DNA from: Alkalilimnicola ehrlichii MLHE-1
GTDB taxonomy: Bacteria; Pseudomonadota; Gammaproteobacteria; Nitrococcales; Halorhodospiraceae
Length of the DNA stretch: 32,000 bases
Direction of reading: 5' to 3'
NCBI RefSeq assembly: GCF_000014785.1
Contig: NC_008340.1
Coordinates: 1,230,001 to 1,262,000, forward strand
This document shows positions 9,261 through 17,563 of this stretch, piece after piece. A program made the translations under genes and the position numbers. The notes below the pieces were generated by a model. It was not told where the DNA came from, made no database searches, and saw only the letters and a program-made list of their open reading frames with translations. Position 1 is the first letter of the stretch; the number at the start of each line of letters is the position of its first letter.

Positions 9261-9290
9261 ACCGCCAGTGTGCACCCAGTTGTGCACCCA
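9261..9290 (+). repeat. Left-end bipartite repeat (candidate arm-type/Xis site)
   Basis: accgccagtGTGCACCCAgtTGTGCACCCA-type repeat; 27/30 identical to 18061-18090. An inverted half-site TGGGTGCAC lies at 9244-9252. Confidence 0.6.
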
Positions 9291-9340
9291 ATCGGCCCAG
9301 TGATTCGGGTTCTGATCTAGTGATTCAGGAGGGCAGGGCG

Positions 9341-10735
9341 ATGGCTCGCAAGGGTATTACGGCCAAGAAACTGGAGGCGCTCCAGGGCAAGCGCCGCAAG
9401 TCGGCCACCAGGGAGTGGGACGGTGACGGTTCAGGGTTCGGGGTGAAGGTGTCGGCAGCCGGGCGGCTGACATTCTTTCAGTTCTACTACTCCCCCGAGG
9501 GCACCACCGATAAAGACGGTAACGACATTACCGGCAAGCGGCGGTTCATGGGGCTGGGTAACTACCCTGAGACAACGCTCGCAGAGGCGCGGGAGAAGGC
9601 GCAGGAGGCGCGAGAGTTGCTAGAGCGGGGCATTGATCCGCAGGAGCACGCCCGAGAGCAGCAGGAGGCGCACAGGCGGGAGAAACGCAAGCGGGCGCAA
9701 CGGGGCACGCTGGCAGGGGTGGCGGCGCTGTACCTGTGGCACATGCGCAAGCGCGGGCGCTCCAGGGAGTACATTACCGCCGTTCGCCGTGGGTTCCACC
9801 GCGACGTGTTCCCGGTGGTGCCCCGTGACACCAAGGCCGGGGACGTGGAGCCGGAGGACGTGCAACTGATCCTGCACCGGCCCCTAAGCCGTGGCGCTGA
9901 CCATACCGCCCGAGTGCTGCGGGCTAACCTGCATCGCGCGTTCAAGTTGGCCATTCAGGCGGATAACGACCCGCGCAACCTGGGCAGTGCCGTTAAGTTC
10001 CGCGTGCGCCACAACCCGGTGGAGGACGTGCCGCTTGAGGTGCACGTTACGCCCGGAGATCGGGAGCTTTCATTTAGCGAGATCGGGCGCGTATGGCGGG
10101 AGGCCGACCACGCGACCCCTTACCCGCAGGATGCGTTGCTGTTGCGCCTGCTGCTGGCGCTGGGCGGCCAGCACATTACCGAGCTGAGGGAAGCACAGTG
10201 GCCCGAGTTCGATTTGCAGGCCGGACAGTGGCACCTGAAAGCCGCCCGGCACAAAAACCGCACCCGCGACCACCTGGTACCAATCAACAGCACCGCCGCC
10301 GAAGTGCTGGAGGAATTGCGGGCGCTGACTGGTGGGCAAGGGTACCTGTTCCCGCAGCTACGCAACGCGCACAAGCCCATGCGAGCCGAGAGGCCGGGCG
10401 CTATCGTTCGCGGTCTGCTGGCGCACCTGGAGGCGCAGGGCGAGCCGATGGAGAAGTTTACGGCCTCAGACTTCCGGCGCACCTGCAAAACGCGGATGCA
10501 CGAGATAGGGATTCCCAAAACCACCACCAACCACCTGCACAACCATGACTTTGGTGGCGTGAGCGCGAAGCACTACGACCGCTACGACTATTGGGGCGAG
10601 AAACAGCGGGCCATGCGGGCATGGGATATTGCGCTGAAAGCCGCCATTGCAGGCGAGCCGGTGCCCGAGGCGCGTTGCCGGGCGGCGCTCCAGTGGGACG
10701 AGAATGGCGGGGCGCGGCTGGAGGTGGTGGGCTAG
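9341..10735 (+). CDS. int: Tyrosine recombinase/integrase, N-terminal DUF4102-like type
   Basis: MARKGITAKKLEALQGKRRKSATREWDGDGSGFGVKVSAAGRLTFFQFYY...; C-terminal ASDFRRTCKTRMHEIGI...HNHDFGGVSAKHYDRYDYWGEKQRA. SD-like AGGAGGG before ATG at 9341 (ORF track start is the alternative GTG at 9320). Confidence 0.92.
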   Translation: MARKGITAKKLEALQGKRRKSATREWDGDGSGFGVKVSAAGRLTFFQFYYSPEGTTDKDGNDITGKRRFMGLGNYPETTLAEAREKAQEARELLERGIDPQEHAREQQEAHRREKRKRAQRGTLAGVAALYLWHMRKRGRSREYITAVRRGFHRDVFPVVPRDTKAGDVEPEDVQLILHRPLSRGADHTARVLRANLHRAFKLAIQADNDPRNLGSAVKFRVRHNPVEDVPLEVHVTPGDRELSFSEIGRVWREADHATPYPQDALLLRLLLALGGQHITELREAQWPEFDLQAGQWHLKAARHKNRTRDHLVPINSTAAEVLEELRALTGGQGYLFPQLRNAHKPMRAERPGAIVRGLLAHLEAQGEPMEKFTASDFRRTCKTRMHEIGIPKTTTNHLHNHDFGGVSAKHYDRYDYWGEKQRAMRAWDIALKAAIAGEPVPEARCRAALQWDENGGARLEVVG

Positions 10736-10782
10736 GTCAAAACACAACATCTAGTGGGGGTGTCGCGCTACACCCCTGATAT

Positions 10783-11061
10783 ATGGCTAAAATCGGCACT
10801 TGCGCGACCCCCCTCCAGTGCGGTTTAATCAGGTCTGTGCGTGACGGATTGCGCACAAAAAAGCCCGGCCGCTGTTGGAGCAGTGACCGGGCTGGTGGGG
10901 CAAAGCCCCGTTTCTTTCTACCTTTCGTGCTCCACCGTTGGGGGTGGAGTGAGGTCTACCGTTGGAGCGGTAGCCTCATAGGCAGTATAGCCAGAGTTGA
11001 ACACATAGCGCAACACCTGGCCGTATCTTGCCGCCCCCCGCTGGTGGAGCCTCGAACATGA
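10783..11061 (+). CDS. Hypothetical ORF, doubtful
   Basis: 92-aa ORF between int and alpA; no family recognised; atypical composition. Confidence 0.2.
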   Translation: MAKIGTCATPLQCGLIRSVRDGLRTKKPGRCWSSDRAGGAKPRFFLPFVLHRWGWSEVYRWSGSLIGSIARVEHIAQHLAVSCRPPLVEPRT

Positions 11062-11072
11062 GGTTCTGACCA

Positions 11073-11300
11073 ATGACCGCACAAAACGCGACCGCCTGCC
11101 CTTCCCGCCTGATGAAAAAGCGGGAAGTCATCGACGTTACCGGCCTTTCCGAGTCCACGATCTGGCGACGTGAGCAGGAAGGGCGATTCCCTCCCCGTAT
11201 TCGCCTGGGCCAGCGCATGACCGTCTGGCGTGAGTCGGACGTTCACGAATGGCTTGCCGATCCGGTTGGTTATCAGCAGGCAGGCGGGGAGGGTGCGTAA
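11073..11300 (+). CDS. AlpA-family DNA-binding regulator/excisionase-like protein
   Basis: LMKKREVIDVTGLSESTIWRREQEGRFPPRIRLGQRMTVWRESDVHEWLA is a typical AlpA winged-HTH signature; TAATG overlap with next gene. Confidence 0.88.
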   Translation: MTAQNATACPSRLMKKREVIDVTGLSESTIWRREQEGRFPPRIRLGQRMTVWRESDVHEWLADPVGYQQAGGEGA

Positions 11301-14077
11301 TGCTGACAGAAAAACGAAACCCCGCCGCCGGGGGCGAACCGGCGAACGGGGCGGGCGCACATTGGGATGGCGTGCAACAGAATTATAGCACTGCCGATAG
11401 CACTGCCGATGCCGCCGTTTCACTGTTCACCGCTACGAACCCCTCCCGCCTTTCCAAGCGGTACCATCTGGACCAACAGGGCCAGCTTCTGACCGCCCCC
11501 GGTGGTTCCCTAGTGCGTGGCGAATACCGGCGCATGGAATGCGGGGAGCCGTGGCAACTGGCAACGCTAATTGACGGGTTGCGGCCAGACCAAGCGTTGG
11601 CCTTTGGCGTGGCTAGGGCTGAACGTTCCCCCGTGGCATCCCGCAAGGCCGCAAAAGAAGGGGACATTACCCGCACCCGTGAGCACTTCGATTGGCCCGC
11701 CGCGCCCGGGTGGCTCATGCTCGACTATGACCCTGAGGCGACCGCCAAACCGCTAGACCGGGATGGCCTGTTGTCGGTGCTGCGGGAAGCGTGGCCAGAC
11801 ATCGAGCGTGCCCCGTTGGTGCTGGGTGATAGTGGCAGTTCCCATATCTACCACGCTGATACGGGCGAATGCGTTAAGGGCCGGGGCGGGTTGCGCTGCT
11901 ATGTCCTGGTGGCTGACGCCCGCGACATACCCCGAGCAGGTGAGGTTCTGCATAAGCGCCTATGGCTTGCGGGTCACGGCTTTTACTTGGTGAGCAAGTC
12001 CGGTGCCCTGCTGGAGCGTGGCCCCGTGGATGCCGTGGTGTGGCAGCCCGAGCGCCTGGACTTCGCCGCCGGTGCCGCTTGCATCGCGCCCCTGGAACAA
12101 CGCCGCCCACCGGCAGAGCCGCGCAACAATGACGCCGCGCCCATCGACACCCGCGCAACGCTGCCGGACCTGACAGCCGCAGAGCTGGAGGAACTGGCCG
12201 AGCTGCGCCGACAGGAACGCGAGGCAATGGCGCCAGACCAAGCATTGCAGCGGGAAGAGTGGGTAGAGCAGCGCCTAGACGAAATCCAGCCGAAGGATGT
12301 CGAGGAAGCCCGCGCCCGGCTAACTGATGCGGTGACGAACGGGCGTCTTTACGGTGACTTCGTTTTGCACCACCAAAGCGGCAAGCGCGTGACGGTCGGG
12401 CAAGTGCTGGACGATCCCGACCGCTGGCATGGGCAACGCTTCGCTGATCCGCTGGAACCGGATTACCGGGCGGACAGCCGAATAGCATGGCTGAACCTTC
12501 GCAGTGGTGGCCGCCCCTTCATCTACAGTCATGCCCACGGCGGGGCGCGTTATACGTTGATCCGCGCAAGCGCCACGTTGAAGGCCCAGCCCGGGGAAAT
12601 GCCGCGCATTGTGCGCGAAGCCGACGCCCTTATGGCTGAAGCCGGTGTTGTGTTCCAACGTGGGGGGCAGCTTGTCCGGGTAGTGGAGGACGGTACCCTA
12701 TTCGGGGTGCAACCGCCTTGGTTGCGGACTCACCTGGAGGAAGTAGCCGCATGGCTGAGGTGGGACGGGCGCGCCAAGGATTGGCTACCTGCCGACGCGC
12801 CCGGAGACCTTGCGCCGCGCATCCTGGCCAACCGGGGCGGCTGGAGCGTGCCCGAGCTGACCGGGGTAATTCGCGGGCCGATACTGCGCCCCGATGGCTC
12901 CCTGTTGAACCAGCCCGGCTATGACAAGGCAACCGGCCTGCTGCTGCTAGCAGACCACCCGGACGGCTGGCCAGCCATTCCAGCGCACCCGAGCCGGGAG
13001 CAGGTACGGGCCGCGTTGGCCACCCTTTGGGAGCCTTTCGCGCGCTTCCCTTATGTCGATGACGTGAGCCGAGCGGTTCAACTGGCCGCGTTGCTGACCG
13101 CCGTTCAGCGCCCACTGTTGGAGACCGCGCCCGCCTTCGCCTGGAACGCCTACCGGGCAGGAACGGGCAAGAGCAAGGGCGCGAAGGCTACAGCATGGCT
13201 AGGCGGTTCCGAGCCGGTCGAAAGCCCGTGGTCGGAGCAAGCCGAGGAACAGCGCAAGCGCCTAATGTCCGCGCTGATGGCCGGGCCGTCTAGTCTGCTG
13301 CTAGACAACGTAAGCGGCCCTATGGACTCGGACACGTTATGCGCGGTGTTGACCGCGAGCGAGTTCAGAGACCGCAAGCTAGGCGTATCTGAGGATGTGA
13401 GCGCCCCAACCCGCGTGTTGGTGGCTGCCACGGGTAACAACCTTCGACTAGTGGGCGACCTGTCCCGCCGGGTACTGGTTGCCACCATCGACCACGGAGT
13501 GGAGAACCCGGAGCGCCTGGCCTTCCCCTTTGACCCGGTGGCCCGCGTGCGGGAGCGGTGGTTGCACTACCGCGCCGCCGCCCTAACGGTGCTGCGCGGG
13601 TTTCTCGCTGAGGGCGCCCCAGCCCATGGCCTTGGAACGATGGGCAGCTATGAACAATGGGATGCCCTTATTCGCCAATGCGTGGTCTGGGTCAGGGCCG
13701 AAGGGCTGGCGGGGTTTAGCCTGGCTGACCCTGCCGACGCCGTGGCCCGCAACTACGACAACGACCCGGAAACGCAGAAGCTCCGGGCGCTGGTGGCGGC
13801 ATGGCACGCGCAACACGCCGCCGCGCCCGTGCGGGTCGCCACGCTAATCAGCACAGCCGGGGGCGATGTCGACGGCTGCACCTTCCCGCAATACGACGAA
13901 GGACGGGCGGCGCTGCTGGAGGCCCTGCAAGAGATCGCGGGGGATCGTGGTTATGTGAATCGCCGCCGGTTGGGCCGTTGGATAGAGCGCCACGCCGGGC
14001 GCGTTGTCGATGGCCTGCGCATTGAGAGCGCGGGGGAGGCGTACAAGACCCGGCAATGGCGGGTGGTGCAAGTCTGA
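11300..14077 (+). CDS. Putative primase-helicase/replication protein (primase-polymerase-like N-terminus plus P-loop ATPase C-terminus)
   Basis: 925 aa from the ATG overlapping the alpA stop. N-terminal PGWLMLDYDPEA..., VLGDSGSSHIY, GRGGLRCYVLV; C-terminal Walker A AYRAGTGKSKGAK, Walker B SLLLDNVSG, then VLVAATGNNLRLVGDLSRRVLVATIDHGVENP. Confidence 0.75.
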   Translation: MLTEKRNPAAGGEPANGAGAHWDGVQQNYSTADSTADAAVSLFTATNPSRLSKRYHLDQQGQLLTAPGGSLVRGEYRRMECGEPWQLATLIDGLRPDQALAFGVARAERSPVASRKAAKEGDITRTREHFDWPAAPGWLMLDYDPEATAKPLDRDGLLSVLREAWPDIERAPLVLGDSGSSHIYHADTGECVKGRGGLRCYVLVADARDIPRAGEVLHKRLWLAGHGFYLVSKSGALLERGPVDAVVWQPERLDFAAGAACIAPLEQRRPPAEPRNNDAAPIDTRATLPDLTAAELEELAELRRQEREAMAPDQALQREEWVEQRLDEIQPKDVEEARARLTDAVTNGRLYGDFVLHHQSGKRVTVGQVLDDPDRWHGQRFADPLEPDYRADSRIAWLNLRSGGRPFIYSHAHGGARYTLIRASATLKAQPGEMPRIVREADALMAEAGVVFQRGGQLVRVVEDGTLFGVQPPWLRTHLEEVAAWLRWDGRAKDWLPADAPGDLAPRILANRGGWSVPELTGVIRGPILRPDGSLLNQPGYDKATGLLLLADHPDGWPAIPAHPSREQVRAALATLWEPFARFPYVDDVSRAVQLAALLTAVQRPLLETAPAFAWNAYRAGTGKSKGAKATAWLGGSEPVESPWSEQAEEQRKRLMSALMAGPSSLLLDNVSGPMDSDTLCAVLTASEFRDRKLGVSEDVSAPTRVLVAATGNNLRLVGDLSRRVLVATIDHGVENPERLAFPFDPVARVRERWLHYRAAALTVLRGFLAEGAPAHGLGTMGSYEQWDALIRQCVVWVRAEGLAGFSLADPADAVARNYDNDPETQKLRALVAAWHAQHAAAPVRVATLISTAGGDVDGCTFPQYDEGRAALLEALQEIAGDRGYVNRRRLGRWIERHAGRVVDGLRIESAGEAYKTRQWRVVQV

Positions 14078-14079
14078 GT

Positions 14080-14194
14080 TAGTGGGGGTTTCGGGGGTTT
14101 CTGGGGTTTCTCACAACGATGGGTTCAAAACTGTCAGCGACAGTTCAGACCTATAGAGCGAAACAAACCCCAGAAACCCCACAAACCCCCACTA
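14080..14194. repeat. G/C-skewed 30-bp inverted repeat flanking a small hairpin; candidate origin or regulatory structure
   Basis: Left arm 14080-14109 TAGTGGGGGTTTCGGGGGTTTCTGGGGTTT; right arm 14165-14194 is its reverse complement at 28/30 positions; central hairpin AACTGTC-agc-GACAGTT at 14129-14145. Confidence 0.7.
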
Positions 14195-14441
14195 GCTACC
14201 GGACCCGAATATAACCTCGCTCAAATCAGGGGCAATTACCCCGGCCTACCCTCCAGCGCCCGCCTTTAAGCCGCCCCTGTGGTGGTGATTGAACCCCGCC
14301 AAGTGATAACTAATCACTCTCGTCAATTCATGTTAATGCAGTTTAATCAATCACTTGTAAAACATTGTCCCGCTAGTACCATAGGGAGTAAGGGTTTTAG
14401 GTGCACAAATGGGTGCACATTAGCGAGAGGTTAGGCGCGAA

Positions 14442-14807
14442 ATGGCGGCCAAGCATCAGGACATTCCAAAGCAATACCGCCCCGGCTGGCTGGAATCGCT
14501 GGACGGTCGTTATGGCCTTGCCCGTGAGCTACGCGCCCGCTTCGATGAAGTCTGTAATGACCTTGGTGGTGCGGATCGCTTGTCTTACATGCAGCGATCC
14601 CTTGTAGAGCGTGGTCTGTGGCTCGAATACTGGCTGGCCCAACAGGAGCAGGCGTTGTCCAAGGGCGGTGACTTCGACGTGGGCAAGTGGGTGCAGGCCG
14701 CTAACAGTCTCCAGGGTATCTACTCCCGCCTTGGTCTGGAGCGCCGTCAACGTGACGTTCCAGACCTTGCGCAATACCTGGCGGCCAAGGCAGGGGAGGC
14801 GGGCTAA
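14442..14807 (+). CDS. Putative terminase small subunit-like protein
   Basis: 121 aa: GWLESLDGRYGLARELRARFDEVCNDLGGADRLSYMQRSLVERGLWLEYWLAQQEQAL...DLAQYLAAKAGEAG; call rests on size, position and coupling upstream of TerL. Confidence 0.5.
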   Translation: MAAKHQDIPKQYRPGWLESLDGRYGLARELRARFDEVCNDLGGADRLSYMQRSLVERGLWLEYWLAQQEQALSKGGDFDVGKWVQAANSLQGIYSRLGLERRQRDVPDLAQYLAAKAGEAG

Positions 14808-15040
14808 TGGTCATCTGTGCCAACTGCCGCCACTACCCCGGTCCCGGCCAGCTATGCGCGGTGGCCAAGCGCCACGCCACGCACCACCGCCGTTCCTGCC
14901 GCTACCACCGGACGGACACCAGCGCCCGCCACGTCGCCACGCTCCGCCGCCTGGCGGTGGATTGGCTCCACCAGGGCGATCACAACCGCTACGCCGTAAC
15001 CCTGGACCTGGCCCACCAGGCACGGGAGGCGATGCGATGA
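14807..15040 (+). CDS. Small Cys/His-rich protein, possible zinc binding
   Basis: 77 aa: MVICANCRHYPGPGQLCAVAKRHATHHRRSCRYHRTD; TAATG overlap with upstream gene and ATGCGATGA overlap with terL. Confidence 0.6.
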   Translation: MVICANCRHYPGPGQLCAVAKRHATHHRRSCRYHRTDTSARHVATLRRLAVDWLHQGDHNRYAVTLDLAHQAREAMR

Positions 15041-16428
15041 GCGTCACCATCCGCGACGTGATGACCGATCCCGCCCTGTTCGGTGGCCAGTTCGGTGGCG
15101 ACACCTGGGCCGCCTGGCGTGCGCTCCTGAGCGGCTTTTATGGCCTCCCGCTGGACGATGCCGAGGCACAGCACTGGCACGCGCTCACAGACCGCGAGAG
15201 CGCCCCGCAGAGCGCACATGACGAGTTGTGGCTAGTGGTAGGCCGCCGCGGTGGCAAGTCCAATGCAGCGGCCTTGCTGGCGGTCTATGAGGCGTGTTTC
15301 AAAGACCACCGCGATGCCCTGGCACCCGGTGAGGTTGCCACCACCCGCGTCATGGCTGCCGACCGTGCGCAGGCCCGCAGCGTGTTCCGGTATATCTCCG
15401 GTCTGATGCACGCGAATCCGATGCTGGAACGGCTGATCGTGCGCGAGGATCGGGAATCCATAGAGCTGTCCAACCGGGCTGTTATCGAGGTGGGCACGGC
15501 CTCATTCCGCACGACACGCGGCTACACGTTCGCGGCGGTGATTGCCGACGAGGTGGCGTTCTGGCGCTCCGATGACAGCGCGAACCCTGACAGCGAGATC
15601 ATTGCCGCCGTGCGTCCCGGTCTGGCCACGCTGAACGGCAAGCTGATCGCGCTTTCCAGCCCATACGCCCGACGCGGTGAGCTATGGGAAAACTACCGCC
15701 GACACTACGGCAAGGCATCGCCCATCCTGGTGGCGCAGGCTCCCAGCCGCACCATGAATCCCTCATTGCCTGAGCGCGTGGTCACGGAGGCAATGGAGCG
15801 TGACCCGGCCAGTGCGGCGGCGGAGTACCTGGCGGAGTTCAGGACGGACGTGGAGACCTTCCTGCAACGCGAAGTAGTAGAGGCCGCCACGCGGCCCACC
15901 CCGCTGGAGTTGCCCTACAACAAGCGCGTTACCTATACCGCCTTTGTTGATCCGGCAGGTGGTGGCGCGGATGAGTTCACCGCCGCCATCGGCCACCGGG
16001 AAGGGGAGCGCGTGGTCGTGGACGTGCTACGCGCCCGCAAGGGTACGCCTGCCGAGATCGTTGCCGAATACGCCGACCTGCTGAAGTCCTACCGGATCAC
16101 CCGCGCTATCTCGGATCGTTATGCAGGCTCATGGCCTGCCGACGAGTTCAGCCGCCACGGGATCACCGTAGAGCAGGCCGCTAAACCGAAGTCAGACCTT
16201 TATCGGGACATGCTCGCCAGCATGAACAGCGCCCGCGTGGAGCTTCCGCCCGATGATCGGCTGATGACCCAGCTAATCAGCCTGGAGCGCCGCACAGCAC
16301 GCGGTGGCCGGGACAGTATCGACCACGCCCCCGGTGGTCACGATGACAGAGCAAACGCCGTTGCCGGTCTGGTGGCGGCCAACTCACGCGCCCCAGGCGA
16401 ACGGATGCGGGCGCTTTGCACTTGGTAG
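15037..16428 (+). CDS. terL: Phage terminase large subunit, ATPase and nuclease domains
   Basis: 463 aa: Walker A VVGRRGGKS; Walker B AAVIADEVAFW; LIALSSPYARRGELW; nuclease acidic motifs AFVDPAGGGADEF, ISDRYAGSWPADEF, GHDDRANAVAG. Confidence 0.92.
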   Translation: MSVTIRDVMTDPALFGGQFGGDTWAAWRALLSGFYGLPLDDAEAQHWHALTDRESAPQSAHDELWLVVGRRGGKSNAAALLAVYEACFKDHRDALAPGEVATTRVMAADRAQARSVFRYISGLMHANPMLERLIVREDRESIELSNRAVIEVGTASFRTTRGYTFAAVIADEVAFWRSDDSANPDSEIIAAVRPGLATLNGKLIALSSPYARRGELWENYRRHYGKASPILVAQAPSRTMNPSLPERVVTEAMERDPASAAAEYLAEFRTDVETFLQREVVEAATRPTPLELPYNKRVTYTAFVDPAGGGADEFTAAIGHREGERVVVDVLRARKGTPAEIVAEYADLLKSYRITRAISDRYAGSWPADEFSRHGITVEQAAKPKSDLYRDMLASMNSARVELPPDDRLMTQLISLERRTARGGRDSIDHAPGGHDDRANAVAGLVAANSRAPGERMRALCTW

Positions 16429-16446
16429 TACAGCGAGGTAACGACG

Positions 16447-16872
16447 ATGGCAGTTTTCAGAAGTGACAGCCCACAGCATTGGGAACAACCGTCCAGGCCC
16501 ATTAAGGAGTTCTGGAGTTCCGACCTTGAGCCGAAGGCCGACAGCAAGCCCACCCGACGCAAGGCAGACCCGAGCGCGGTGCAACGGCTGATGAACCAGC
16601 GCACCGCCACCCCGAAGGCCGACACCGCTCCGCCGCGCCGTGCTGGCCGGTATGACGCTGGTGCCGAGCGCCGCCGACAGGCCGCCGCGATGGCGGAAAT
16701 CCGCGACCGTCACAAGTCTAGTCGCGGCCTCACCCGCACCGACGCGAAGGCAAAGGCCGCTCCGGTCATGCCAGAGCCGACCACGGACAGCGCTCCGAGT
16801 GGTGGCGGGTATCAGGCGATGGTGGACGCGATCAAGGGCGCACATAAGCGGGGAGGTGATAACAATGGGTAA
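16447..16872 (+). CDS. Hypothetical element protein
   Basis: 141 aa downstream of terL, overlaps the next start; no family recognised. Confidence 0.5.
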   Translation: MAVFRSDSPQHWEQPSRPIKEFWSSDLEPKADSKPTRRKADPSAVQRLMNQRTATPKADTAPPRRAGRYDAGAERRRQAAAMAEIRDRHKSSRGLTRTDAKAKAAPVMPEPTTDSAPSGGGYQAMVDAIKGAHKRGGDNNG

Positions 16873-17437
16873 GCATGTAGACGCACTGGAAAAGCAGATT
16901 GCCGAAGAGTACCGGCTCAACGAGGAACACGCAGCCGCCGCCGACAAGGCCCGCGACGAGTATCAGGCCGCCGTGGCTGCCGGGGACATGGGAGCGGCTT
17001 CCAACTGCCGTGCCGAGGCCGAACGGCTGGACGGCCTTGCTCGTCAACATGGCGACCGCATAGACGCCCTGGAGGCGCAACGGCCCGAAGCCGAGCGCAA
17101 GGATAACGGCCCTGCCTTCCGGCAGGCGGTGAAGGTGATGGAGCAGGAGTTGCAGGAGGAAGCCGACACCCATGCCGAGCTGGCCGAGCTGGTGGGTAAG
17201 CTGGCCGATCTGCGTAAACGGCTGGACGAAGTACACGCCAGCGCCACCGCCGCCTGTCGCAAAGCCTTTCAGGCCGCCGACGCTGCCCATGAACCGCGAC
17301 CCGAAGTTGACCGGGATCGCATGGCCACCACCGCCGACATGGATGCCCTGATGCGTACAGTAAGGGAGCTGATGAACGTGGCGGGGCACCAGGCAACGCT
17401 AGTCATGAACACGCGGGATAAGGCCCGCGCCGCCTAG
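16865..17437 (+). CDS. Predicted coiled-coil hypothetical protein
   Basis: MGKHVDALEKQIAEEYRLNEEHAAAADKARDEYQAAVAAGD...VMEQELQEEADTHAELAELVGKLADLRKRLDEV. In-frame ATG at 16865 used instead of upstream alternative at 16640. Confidence 0.6.
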   Translation: MGKHVDALEKQIAEEYRLNEEHAAAADKARDEYQAAVAAGDMGAASNCRAEAERLDGLARQHGDRIDALEAQRPEAERKDNGPAFRQAVKVMEQELQEEADTHAELAELVGKLADLRKRLDEVHASATAACRKAFQAADAAHEPRPEVDRDRMATTADMDALMRTVRELMNVAGHQATLVMNTRDKARAA

Positions 17438-17563
17438 ACCTCGCTGGAAGTGGGGAGCGGTTATTGCCTGCACCGCTCGCGTCCGGCCCGATGGGGTGGC
17501 CGCCCACGAAACCCCTAGCGCCCCGGTGGCCTCACTCAGCCATCGGGGCGTGTTTTGTTTTTG

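Noticed and set aside
10860-10925. Stable stem-loops AGCCCGG...CCGGGCT and GGGGC-AAA-GCCCC before TTTCTTTCT
   Set aside because: Could be a terminator/attenuator between int and alpA, but T-tract is interrupted and the role is ambiguous; not called as a feature.
11383-13488. Minus-strand ORFs of 111-204 aa inside the primase gene
   Set aside because: Shadow ORFs with proline/arginine-rich low-complexity translation, opposite a coherent 925-aa frame.
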